In this document: piece by piece, positions 49,001-61,000 of the stretch
How positions within the stretch are numbered: position 1 is the first letter of the stretch
Layout of the letters: each line of letters starts with the position of its first letter
From: Yuukianura sp. NJ FZ-2021
Lineage: Eukaryota
Assembly (NCBI GenBank): GCA_046563655.1
Contig: CM102288.1
Coordinates: 3,286,001-3,350,000, forward strand
DNA length: 64,000 bases
Direction of reading: 5' to 3'
Translations under genes and position numbers: made by a program
Notes under the pieces: generated by a model
Seen by the model: only the letters and a program-made list of their open reading frames with translations
The model's database searches: none
What the model was told of the DNA's origin: nothing

Positions 49001-52000
49001 AAATTCAACCTGATTTTAGACTTTGGCGAGTAAAGTTTAGTGTAGGTTGATTAATCGACGCCGTGATTGGTCGAATTGTAATTAGCATTGGACTAATGCT
49101 ATTAATTAACATTGGACTTGAGAGTACTTGAGAATGATGAAGAGTTTAATTTGAAGTAATGAAGACAGTTTTTGGATGAATGTAGAAGATGTAATGGTGT
49201 AGGATGAGAGATGAGATGAAATGAAAGAAATAAGTGCTTCTGGAGCTTCCTTGAACATTTTGGTCTGTGGAGCCATAATTTTTATGGGGTTTGGTACAGC
49301 TTCATTCATTTGAACCATGAGATTATACGACAGTTTTTATCCCTCTTCTGTTTCCAGCAACATCATCTTCACTTTACATTGCGGAAGATGCGTAAAGGAA
49401 GATGTAAAAGCACTCTCTTGTCTTGTGGGAATTTTAGACAGCGTGTGGGTTAAGGAGATTAGTAATTAGTTGCGTACTAGGAACCAACTTACAAGAACAA
49501 AGTTGCTCTTAAACTAACAACTAAGATGTTTTAATTTGCATTCAAAGTGTGACGGTTTTAGAGCGCGGGAAGTGAGCTGGAGCGGCGTTTGGCGGCCAGT
49601 GCCCTTTAGGGAAGCTGAGATTTTTGAAAATGCCGCCGCAGCTTCTTGGTCATGGTCGAAGGGCTAAGACTTGAGAGATGGAATTTTGTGGTGGGAGATG
49701 CTGTGTGAAACGGATAGATCGTGGGATGGTGGGTAGAAATCAATTAAGTGGATTATGTTAGGTTGAAGATGGTGGGTTTACGTTAGGTTGAGCATGGTGG
49801 GATAACTGTGATAGGCATGAATAGGTTTTGCCAGGAGTTTTAGGCTTATAAGGAAGCTTTTCTCATAGTATGAAACCCATACTGATCAAAATCAGGGACT
49901 GGAAAGGGCTTTAGGCGTGTTAGCCCTTAAGACGATGCAGAATCTTCAATCTCTTTGCTATGAATCTGTCTTTGTCAGGCCAAAAAAATTAATTGAATTT
50001 GGCTTCTTGTTTTCAGGATGAAATTATAATAAGATGGAAAGTGACAGTTTGGTTTTTTGAAAAAGACAGGAATTTGGAAAAGGAGCTGGAAGCGTGTCAC
50101 TTAATTTTCAAAATTTTGAAATTTGCTGTAAGTTTCTCCATGACTTTCTCCTGAATTTAGCTGTGATTCTAATTTTGTCTTTTGATTTAAACCTTTTTGG
50201 AAAGTTTGACAGTGGAAGTGGAAGTGAGTGTGGAAAGTGGCTTTTGTTGTCGCTAGCAATTCCACTGAGACTCCAGCGTAAGCGACAGAAGTGACATTAG
50301 GAAAATGGCTGCTCTGCTGAAGTGGTTCAATTTGAATCTGATCTCAAATGAACCAGAAACTTTTCACAGTTTGTCATCCCCACTTTCTCTCAAAGTGTCT
50401 CCACACCGCTTTCACTGCTTTCACTACTTTAGATTCTAATCGGGATATTTTGAAGAGTTTTGGAGGGAAATTTTGAAAAGGACTTTAATTTGAGTCAAAA
50501 TTTGGATTTTGTTTCAAACGAATCTTGTTTGTTGACTCAAAACATTCCTCGGGGAGAGGAGTTGTCAGTTTTGTTGGTGGGGCTTTTTTAAGTGTTTGTT
50601 TTGTTGTTATTTTGAGAAGGTGGGCCTTGAGTCTCAGTCGGTGGCAATGAATTTGTTGGTGGAGGCCCACGGTGCGTACCGTGCCACCGCGGCGGTGGCA
50701 CTTATAAGTTGATGCTTGACAAAGATTGGGGGAAGAGAGAGGTGACAATAATGAATGTGTCGCTTTTTGGTGGCTAGTGGAAAAATAGATTTGAAAAGTC
50801 GACGGGTGGGTTTTTGTGGGTTTCCCTCTTGGAAATTATTCTTTTGATCTTTGGAGTTTATGAGTTTTGGTTCAAGTGGCTTCTTTTGAGTTGTTTTTCT
50901 CACAGAGATCACTAAAGTGGCTAAAAACGTAACAAAAACTATGAGTACTTCAGTACTTGAGTTGGTTTGTTACGCAAGGAATTTGTAACGGATCTTGTTG
51001 CGTGGAGATCATAAACCAGAATTTTCTGCCATTCTGAAACTGGTCGACCGCCATCATTGATTTTTTTTTCCCGCGTTAAAGTTCTTCTCCGGTTGAATTT
51101 TTTCAATTATCCGCTCTGAGAAAATGAAAAAAGTGAAAGTTCATCGCTGAAAGTCATGTCCAAAATCCGAAACCATCCTTTCACAATCAAAACTTTAAAA
51201 AAAACAGTTTTGAAGTGTGGGAAAATTTAATGAAATTTGAAAAATGCAGAATTTTAGGTTTTTGAACTTATTTTGAAAGAACAATAGACGAGGATTTAAC
51301 AGTTAAATTTTTTTTGTGATAAAAGTATAGCTTTTGGGCGGGGACCGACCGTGTATTTTTCCAGGAACAAGCGGAAAGGTCAAAATACTTTTTTTGGTTT
51401 TTGAAATTTCTTTTCAACTTTTTTTTTGAAATTTAGTTGGGGTGGGGTTGCGGACCTTTGAACTTGAAAAGTGTAATCTTTTGGGGCCGAAACTGAAAAG
51501 GCTAAAAGTTATTCCCTAAGCTAAAACCTAAATTTATGTGTTCCTAAGCTTGGAGGCGTATTTTGTTTGCTTTTGGCTTCCGACTTTTTTTGTGTAGTTT
51601 AATATACTAGAAATGTTTTTCGAAACATAATGAAAAACGGTTTTCTGAAAGAAAAAATTGAAAAGCAAGCTGCGTAAGGAGAAAGTTTAGCTTTTGATTT
51701 GGTCCAAAGTTCAAGTTGAAACTTTACCGCTCGAAATGACTTTAGTGCTTTAATAAATTTGAACTTTTTGACTTAAATTTTCATCTTGATCACTTTGGAA
51801 ATTTCTATGAACGAGAACCATGCAACTCTGAAACTACTCAAATTTTCGTTTTTCTTAAGGAATTTTGTCAAAAGGAAATGCTGAAAAGCACAAGAAAGTT
51901 TTTGGATTTCGTTGCTGCTGTTTTGAGAGCCTTTTTGATAAAGATCATAAATGAGAATGACATTGACATCGATTTTTTTGACTTTTCCCGCTCTTTCCCC

Positions 52001-55000
52001 CCTTTTTCTTGGAAAAAGTGAAAGTAAAAGCGAAGTTTACGAAATTCGGCAAGAAGAAGAAGAAAACGAGTCTAATGGAATGGAAAAAGGAAGATTTGAG
52101 AGCACCGCGGGAAGAAATTGGAAAATGAAATTGGAATTCCAGTTTCGTTTTTTCGAAAATCGCTTTTAGTACTTCCTCTTTTTCCAGTCTTGGAACTTTT
52201 TTTGTCTTTTGTTTACAATAAGAAAATAGAGCAGGGCGTTGGACCCATTACTTTTACTCTGGAACTTTTAATACCACTTAAGGCTTTGTATGTGGGTGGG
52301 AATTGGGTCTCCACTAAACCTCTGACTAGTGCTGACACTGTGAGAAAACTTGTTTTTCATCTAGAATTTACGATTTTGGACGTACAGGGTGGCCCAAAAG
52401 TGTTTTTGAGTAGAGTTGATTACTTTCCAGTTGAATTTGATGTGTTTTCAGGAGCTGCGATAACGAAAATGAACCATCTTGTACTTTTCGTACTTTTGGA
52501 AAATATGAGGGAGAAATTTAAAAAGTGGATTTTAATGGGAAGTTTTTGTGGTTTAGTAGTGCCTTAATTTCCTTGACCAGAATTGGGCATTATGAGATTA
52601 TTTTTTTTATGTTTTTTCGTTTTTTAAAAATGAAAAGATGTAATTTTGAATGTGAAGCGTGCAAAGTCAAAATATGGAGTGTCGAGAATGACATGAAATT
52701 GCAAAGTTCATTTTTGTTGTGTAATTCTGTGTTCCATTTTTGGAAAACGGAGATAAACTTTTTTGTTCCGGTGAATTTTGCCTCGTCAGAATCAAAATTC
52801 CATTTCATTGTATTGTTCAGGCTTAAGTTTTTTTTTTTCCTTTGAATTGAGGGTTCAAATCCTGGTGTCGGTTGTAATCTGATTTTGAAAGAACTTAAGT
52901 GACTTTTTTTTCATCTCTTTGAATAGAATTTGAAGCTAGAATACTATCGGACAATCTGACATTTATAGAAATAGAAATGGAATTTTTCGTTTTTCTTTTG
53001 TCTGAAGGGATTTTGAAGGTGGGGCACTTAGGAATTTGAGGGGGGCTGCTCATTAGGAAATTGGATTTGTAGAGTAATCTGGAATTGGAAATCGGCTGAT
53101 TCTTAGGATTAGCCAACCGGTATTTTGGCTATGGGTTTTCGTTTTATACTTTAGTTTCGTTTCTGTCTTTTGTCTTGCTGTTAAGTTTGTGTATGTTTGG
53201 ACTACTACTATATTTTAATGTTTGGTGTTGGTGTTAACACAGGAGCTAAAGAGATTTTCAATTGTGTTAATGGAAGAAGGATGGATGGAAGAAGAGGTTT
53301 TAAGATTGTTTAAAACAACGTGGAATTGCATACTAATGTGCTGGATGCTGGAAGAGGTTATATACATGGGTGTAGGTTTAATGCTAAGTGGATAGGGTGG
53401 AGATCTGGACAGTGCTAAGATTTATAAACCAAAGGGAAAACTAATGTGCATGTCTTGTTTTTTATGGTGGGGAGGATTTAGGGGGTGGGCGGGGGAGGGG
53501 GCGTGGTTGGCCGTGACCCGGGCGTTTGATGACTAATTTTCCTCCGTTTCCTTCCGGTATGATGCGTGGGAGTATAAGGAAACGCATGAGAAACTACGCT
53601 GACAACATGACTTTGTTTCTGGCAATACGCGCTTAGAATGACAAAATTACGAGAAAAAAAGTTCGTGTTGACAATATCGTTTTTGGCAAAGTTTGTATTT
53701 TTTGTAAAAGCAAAGATGGAATTTGTTGTAAGATTTTAGCACTCTGCGAGCCGCTGGTTTTTGGAAAAAAAAGCAGATTTTGTTACACTTTTTCCGTTTT
53801 TTTTTGACATGGTTTGACTAAATTTTCTCCTCGAATGCAACTACAGGAAGAAAGAAATGCAAGCTGCTCTTTTTTCGGTTTTTCATTTGAAAAGTGTAGG
53901 ATGAAGGTCGTTCACTTTCTCTCTTGTGCAGTGAAAGTAGTTTCTCCTGTACAACCAAAGTGCGTTTCGTTGCACACCCGAAGTTTCCTCTCGCCTTGCT
54001 GCATTTTCGTGGTTTTCGGATCCTGCTGTTTCTTTGGCCAAAATCCGATGGTGAGGAGCCAGACTTACTTTGAAGTTGCGTAGGCTGTGTACGCATGAGT
54101 CTGAGAAAGTAGTGGTGGAGGTGCATTGTGCATTCAGAGCATAAGAGTTCGTCTTGGATAGTCATCCTGGCAAGAAGACGAGCAAAGTTACGTGTAATAC
54201 GTGTCAGAGGCTGAGGCGGGTGTGAAAACGACAAAGATTCAAAGGAAAAGCCGCTGGAAGAGGAGATTCTGGCTGCTACTGCAGTCAGTTCACTTTTCTC
54301 TTCGTCTTTGTGCGGATCTCTAACTTCTTGATCTCTAAAAGACAAAAGAACAAAAGAAAATAATAGGATTCTGGAGTCTCTGGACGATACGCTGAAAAGC
54401 GTTTTTGTCTTCTGAAAGCGTCTGGAGCGGTTTCTGTCGTGTTGTGAAAATTCTGGAGCGATTTTTGTTGTCTTCTGGAACAGTTTGAAGCGATTTCTGT
54501 TGTTTCTGGACAGTTTTTTTTATCAAAGGCTGAAAAACCGAAAAGTCTTTGTGCTGCAGAAGCCTGTTAATTTTGAAACAAACTTTTTTGTTTTTCTGTG
54601 TGTTTTTTGCGATCTTGTGAGAAGCGTCTTTGAAAAAGATCAGAAGATTCGGATCTGTTCTTCTGGTTTACATTGGCGCCAGAACAGATCAAGGGACTCC
54701 CATTATGCTCCATTAGAAGAAGTGCGAAGAGAAGATTGAGAGGAAGTGTTTGCAAAAAAGGCTTTTCGCGAAAGATTTTTTGCGAAAGTTTTTAGTCTTC
54801 GTTGGGGGTTGTGGCGAGGAAGATCTTCTGTGTTCAGAGCAGTGAAGTGAGTCAGAGTTTTTGCAGACTTGCTCATTCATCCGATGATTTTTGTTGGAGT
54901 GACTACTTTTAGTTGAAAGAAAGAACAAGGAGGTACTTTTGTACTGACAATCTCTAAGAAGCATCTGGAGTTCGTGATTTTCCAACCAATTTTTTGTGAT

Positions 55001-58000
55001 ATGTGCGAAACAGGTTGATTGTGTTTTTAGTTTGGAGTTTTTTGAGAATTTGTTTCTCATCTTCTCATCTCTGCTGCTATTGATTGTGTGAATTTGGAAT
55101 TGAGCGTCAACGTCTGAGTCATAGATTTTTTGGAACTTTTTCTGAGAACCGGCAGATTGGAATTTCGGAAGGAAGGAGCGCTGGGATTTGAAGTTAGAAA
55201 TTTTTATTGGAAAATCGTGACAGCTCTGGCATAACCAAGTAGTGCTGCTGCTGAAAATTAAAGTGGAAGTGCCGAGGAATTGCACGCATTGGGAACCTCG
55301 AACCTGGAAGACATTCCTGTGAGAAGTGCAGAATTAAAAACAAAATTTTCGGTGTGGCGGGAAGTTTCAAAATTTGAAAAAGTCAGTGGGGTCACGAGGT
55401 CATGCCACCGGGAGTGTCAGGGTCTGCAGGACGCTTGGCCACTCCGAGTCAGCAACAAAATCAAATGCAACTGGGACTAGGTGACTCTGATGATTCGGAA
55501 GACGAAGGATTTTCACCCGTGGTAAAAAAAAATACTCAAAAAGCGGAATTTCAAAATTTTAACTGAAGATTTTAAATGAAAAATGTTCAAAAATTTCCTT
55601 GGTTTGAATCAAAAGTTTTACTCCGACATCTTGAGTCGAATTTTGTTTTTAGTGACTTTTCTCCATTATGTCAAAAATTTTCGAATTTTTGTGTCTACTG
55701 ATTGCGTGTCTGTCTCTCTGTCCTTAACTGTGAATTTGCACAAGTAGTTACGTAATTGTAGCCTATTAGAATTTGAGTTGTGTTTTTTGTCAAGTGAAGT
55801 TGTTAACTGTGTAACAGCCATAACACTAACAACTGGGTTTCAATTCTCAATTGACTCTTTTTTGGAGAGTGACCTCATTTTTTTTTTCAGAATAAGCACA
55901 AAATCCAAAGTGCACAAGTCTAATTTCTGTGTTTATAAATCTGAACGATCTTTTAGTAAAACGAAGTGGTTTTGGTATTGTCACAGAAATTTGAGCTTAT
56001 TTATAACTCAATTTTGTGACACGCAGAAGAGATTGAGGCGAGACTGATGATGATTTTTAAGGAAGAGTGTCGAGGACTTGTGCCAATTCTGCCCAGTGTT
56101 TTTGTGTGTCAGGAAATACTGGCTGTGATGCTCTGTGGCTCTTCTGTGTGTTTCAATTGTTGTTTGCGTAAAGAGAGTAAAAGGCGTGGGCGTGTTGAAT
56201 TTGATGTTGTTTTGTTACGCTAAAAAACACTACTAAAAACTGAAGGTGTTGTGTAACTTAAAAGTTAAAAAGTGGAGGGAGTTGTAAGTTAAGTTGTTGA
56301 TTAATGAAATGATCTTGCATGTGATTGAGCTCCAAATGCAGTTACGCATTTTAACGAGCTAAACTTGTCTTTTTGTGTCTTGAAACTAAAGTTTGTCAAC
56401 TGAAACTGAAAAAAATAAGAGTTTGAAACTGCTTCCAAAAATTTCAAAGCGAGAAGCTGAAAAGTCCAAATGACTTACACGTGCCTCACGCTTTTCAAGT
56501 GTAAGCAACAAAAGTTGAATTTTTTTTGTTAAGTTTTAAATTAACGTCTAGAATAACTTTTCTTAAGATTTTCAAGTTCTTGAAACATTTTTCAAACAAG
56601 ATTTTTTTTTCGAAATGTACGAAGTACAACTAAAGCAGAAGTAGTTTTGTCGTGGGAGTTGAAATTAAGTAGCGATTTTTTTTGGAAATGGATTTTGAAT
56701 TTTTAGAATTTTGCTGAAAGGAGGAAAAATTGGTTGACTTTCGCTTGTTGTTGAATTTTGGTTTTTTGTTTAGATTTTTTAGAATGAGAGTGATGGGGCG
56801 GATGGTAGTGTGAACACATTTTTTTGGAAAACAAAAAGTACTTTTTTGTGCTTTTCAAAAACTTTTTTTGTGAGTTTCTCTCCGCTTTTTCCGTTTTTCG
56901 GAGTTTTAGGGGAGAAAAATATAGGCTATATTTAGGTGTGTGTGTTGTCTGCTTACTTCCTTCCTCTTTTTTTGCCGTAAAATATGACTCAACAGACGGT
57001 AGAGGAAAAAGTTGTTCCCGTATGTTTGAATTCTACCCGGGTAATTTTCGGAAGAAGCGAGAAAAGCGGGAGAGGAGGGGAGATTAGATAACTTGTGCTT
57101 TGGAGTTGACACTTTTCCCATTTTCGGCTCTATATAATTGTTTGCTCCGGTACACTTTTAATGATCTGGAAGTGAGTAGGCGAACGAAACTAAAAGCTTT
57201 TTGAGAATTTTAGTCCAAGAGGTCAGTCACTTCTGTAACTAAAAACTAGAAAGGTCGTTGACCTCAATTAAAAAGTTTCACAAAGTTTCTGTTTTGGACA
57301 TTGGACAAAATAACTTTTTTGGCCTTGTGACAGTTGTGGTTTTGGCTTTTGCTCTTGAACACTAATTTCGACTTGTTCAATTTAAAAACTACAACTTTTT
57401 TGTTTGTTCATAAATTTTGTTGTCAGAAAGTACAATATTTTGTGCTTTTAGTTAGTTTTAACTAGCCGAAATTTCTGAAAGTCGAATTCTTTTCTGACAC
57501 AAACGGGTCGTTTTTCTTCATTTTGCACAAAATGATTTTTTTTTTGTTTTTAGAGTGTTTGAACACCGTCGGTGTTTAGTTGAAAAGTTAAATTTTGAAA
57601 AGTAAATGAGAGGTTTTGAAGCTGTTTGGGAGATGAGTTATGGTTGAAGTTTTTGAAAGTGAGGACAAAGGATTTCCTTGTTCGGAGGGAGCAACGGGTT
57701 CGAATCCTCCTCGCGTCGTCGTTTGTTTTGTTTCAATTTAATTTTAATTCCTTCTAAGGGTTTCGTAACATCTTCTGAGATGCTGCGAGGTGCGTATTTT
57801 ATGGCTTCTTGACTCTTGTTCAAAATTTTGGAGGAGGATTTTTGAAAAGATGCGCTCTCTCTGGAAATTGGAGGTTTTTAGTTAACGCTGCTGAAGATTC
57901 ATGTGTTCTTGGTTTCTAAAACAGTTTTATGAGCCTCGGGATCTGAGAAATGGCAAAGGGAGAGAGTCGTAAATGATTTATTTTAGGCTCCATCCATTGC

Positions 58001-61000
58001 AAAACTGGCAATTAACGTGAATATTTTGTGCTTTTCCAGGATTTGGACACGAGGCCAGTAGATCCGTTTCGTTTTTCCCAGGCGACACTGGAGGATACAC
58101 AAGAGGACGAACTGAATGCAATTTTAGGAGAACTGAGTGCACTGCAACAGAGTCTGGACAGAGAGATCAAGCCGCTGGGGGGTCAAGGGTCAGCGACCCC
58201 TGCAACTTCTGGACAACAATCGAATGGTGAAAGTAGAAACATGAATTCTATGCATCAGCATCATAATCACAATCTTCCCAAAGGAAGTATGTCCAGTGAA
58301 ACTGGTGAGAATTGATTTTGTCCAGATTTTGAAATTTAGTTGAAAATTGAAAAATTTTTGAAAAGTTGACCTCTGACCTAACTTTTGCTCTTAGGCGGAA
58401 GAACGGAGAGTCCGGACAATGACTCAGGATTTTCGGACAATGCTTCTCTCCTGTCCAGTGGAAGTTCATTGTCTACTGGTGGATCGAGCAGTGGAAGTTC
58501 TACGACCAGCTCACGCCTCAAACCCTCCAGTGCTCACGCGCCGTCCTCCGTCCTCCATCCAAATGAGGTAACAATCGCTTAATTTTGAACTTTTTCGAAA
58601 TTTGAATTCCAAATTTTCCGGGAAGTTTTGACCCCGGTCAAGGTTAGGCTCTTCAGTTAAGAAAATGACGTGCATTTGGTATTCCGAAATGGTTTAAAGA
58701 AGTAAGCATCGTTAGAAGCACATCAAAGTACAAAAGTATTCTTTCAAAAGTGTATTTACTTAAAAAGTTTTTCATTTTCATTTTTTTTATTTGAATTTTG
58801 AGAAGATGAGAGGCGTGTGTCTGTGATCTTATTTGAAATAATTTACACAAAGTTTTAACGAGTGTAATTAACAAAAAAGATTTCGAGTAGAGAGAGAGAG
58901 GAGGTGCGAGGGGAATGTTTAATGAATGGAATTGCAGCCATATGCATCTTAATATGTCGTAAAGTAACGTTAATTGATACGTGCGGAGCTGAAATTTTAA
59001 AAAGTACAGCGTGATTAACAAATGTTTTAAGGAAATTAAGATTTTGGTGATTGAGGAACCGCTGGGAGAGAGACGGTGGGAGGTGACAGAGATTACTTCA
59101 TCATCATCATACTTTTAAGTATTTTTCATTGAATTGAGGACAAAGTGAGAGGTGGTAAGTAGAGGGGAAATTGGAAATTTTTGGTTTGTAAATTTTTCTT
59201 GGTAATTTTGTACATTTGAGAGGATTTGTTTTACTATTTACTTTGCGAATTGTTAAGTTAGAGAAGAAAAAAGTATTGTCCTCTTTGACCTAACGTGGAT
59301 TTGATCCAACGGCACAAAAGGCGTCAGTCGTTGACTGTCGCCACTTGCATGATGTCACTCCACTCCAAATTTACAAATGGATGCAGTGCAAATTCTTGTT
59401 ATAAGATACACTTTTTTAACTATACTACAAAAATGTAAAAATTTATTCTTATTTTTTAGTTAGCTGCACTTCTAAGTTCTGAATTAGAAGTTCGTCGCTC
59501 CTTAATTCCTTCTTCTGTTGTTATAGTAAGTTAGAAATTTCAATGCTTTAGCTTTTTTCGAAAGTCAAATACTGGAGACAATTCTGGAAACTTCAAATTT
59601 GGAAATTTTTGAAAAGAGTTTTTTGGAATTTGAATTTACAGATTTGTGTTTCGTTTGAGACTGGGTTTATAGTCGTTTGTTTTGCTTGAACTGTTGTCAA
59701 AATTTATTTCCCTGGCTTGCATGTTGCATTTTATTGTTCTTTTTTGTTGCTTTGATTTACCTTACAAGGAAACATGGCTCCGCTGTGATGCACCTTCCAG
59801 AAAAAACTTGTCTTTTGTTCAATCTAAAAAATGAAAAGCAACTTTTTTCGAATCTTTGTGTCGTGTATTCTTCATTCTTTTTCTTCCTTTTGTCCTATTG
59901 TTGAGGTCAGATAATGAAATGCTGCAGCAATTTTTCCACGTGCGTAAAACTTTCAGCTTTTTTTTTTGCTTTCGAGCATGAGAAATTGATGAAGTTTTTG
60001 GAATCCTGGACTTCCTTATTTTATTTTATGAGTTAAGGACTGTTCAAACACACATTTTTCTTAACGTTGGGTACATTGGAAGGGTGTACAGGCTGCACCG
60101 TGCAGATATGACTATGTACCTTGGAGATTTCCAGACGCTGGAAATGCCATGACGCTGCGGGAGAGCGGGAAATGAGCAAAGACGATTTTGGAAATCCTTT
60201 TTCGGAGAAGGATTTGACGCTTCAATTATTCATCTCTGTCACCTCGGCTTAGTTTTTCGGAAAATGATGATGATGATGAGTATTTGTATGACGAGTATGA
60301 TGATGATGATGATGTTTGATTGAGCAGTGTGCGTTCAAATGGCATTGGAAAAAAGTTTTCAGACGCTGGATGTCAATAAGGCTTAAACTGTTCAGTTAAT
60401 CCTAAACTTAACTGCGTTAACTTTTGTATACTTTGTAACTTAACGTTTTATGTCTCTGATCGTACTTCGTACTTGGTTCGAAAAGTTTGTCAATGTCACG
60501 TTGTCCTCGTCCCAAAAAAAATGATTTTATCATGACCGAACCTCTCGTCGTCTCTTTTGGTCAATCATAATCTGTCAGCTCAAAGACTTTCTCCATGTTA
60601 AGCTTCCTTGTTCAAGATGTAATGCCGAAAGTTGTTGAGATTAAGGAAGCTTTAAGCTGCACTTGGGAGTGACCAAGATTAAATTTTCAAACAAAAATTG
60701 AAAGTGTTTTGTTTTTTGTTTTCAGGATGAAAAGGCGGAGAAGATTCGTGTGGCTTTGGCCAAAATGAGAGCCGCCAGTGTGACTCGACTTTATGTCAAG
60801 GCCTTTTCCCCTGATGGAAGTAGCAAAGCCCTCATGGTTGAAGAGTCCATGTCATGTGGACGTGTCCTGGCTCTGCTGGCTGACAAGAACCATGTCCCAC
60901 TGTCACATAAGTGGACACTCGTAGAACATATTCCACATCTTCATATGGGTGAGAAACTGAAACTAAATCCGGATGCAGTTTAAAACCGGGAGAAATTTTT

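Noticed and set aside
52383..52402. TACAGGGTGGCCCAAAA Tc1-like terminus
   Set aside because: No matching second TIR found; element cannot be delimited
52851..52870. GGTTCAAATCC B-box (tRNA/SINE)
   Set aside because: No A-box or cloverleaf
53818..55285. Minus-strand ORFs of 175 and 190 aa
   Set aside because: No domain-like content; likely chance ORFs antisense to MRL intron or 5' UTR sequence
57694..57712. GGTTCGAATCC T-loop-like motif
   Set aside because: No acceptor, D or anticodon stems
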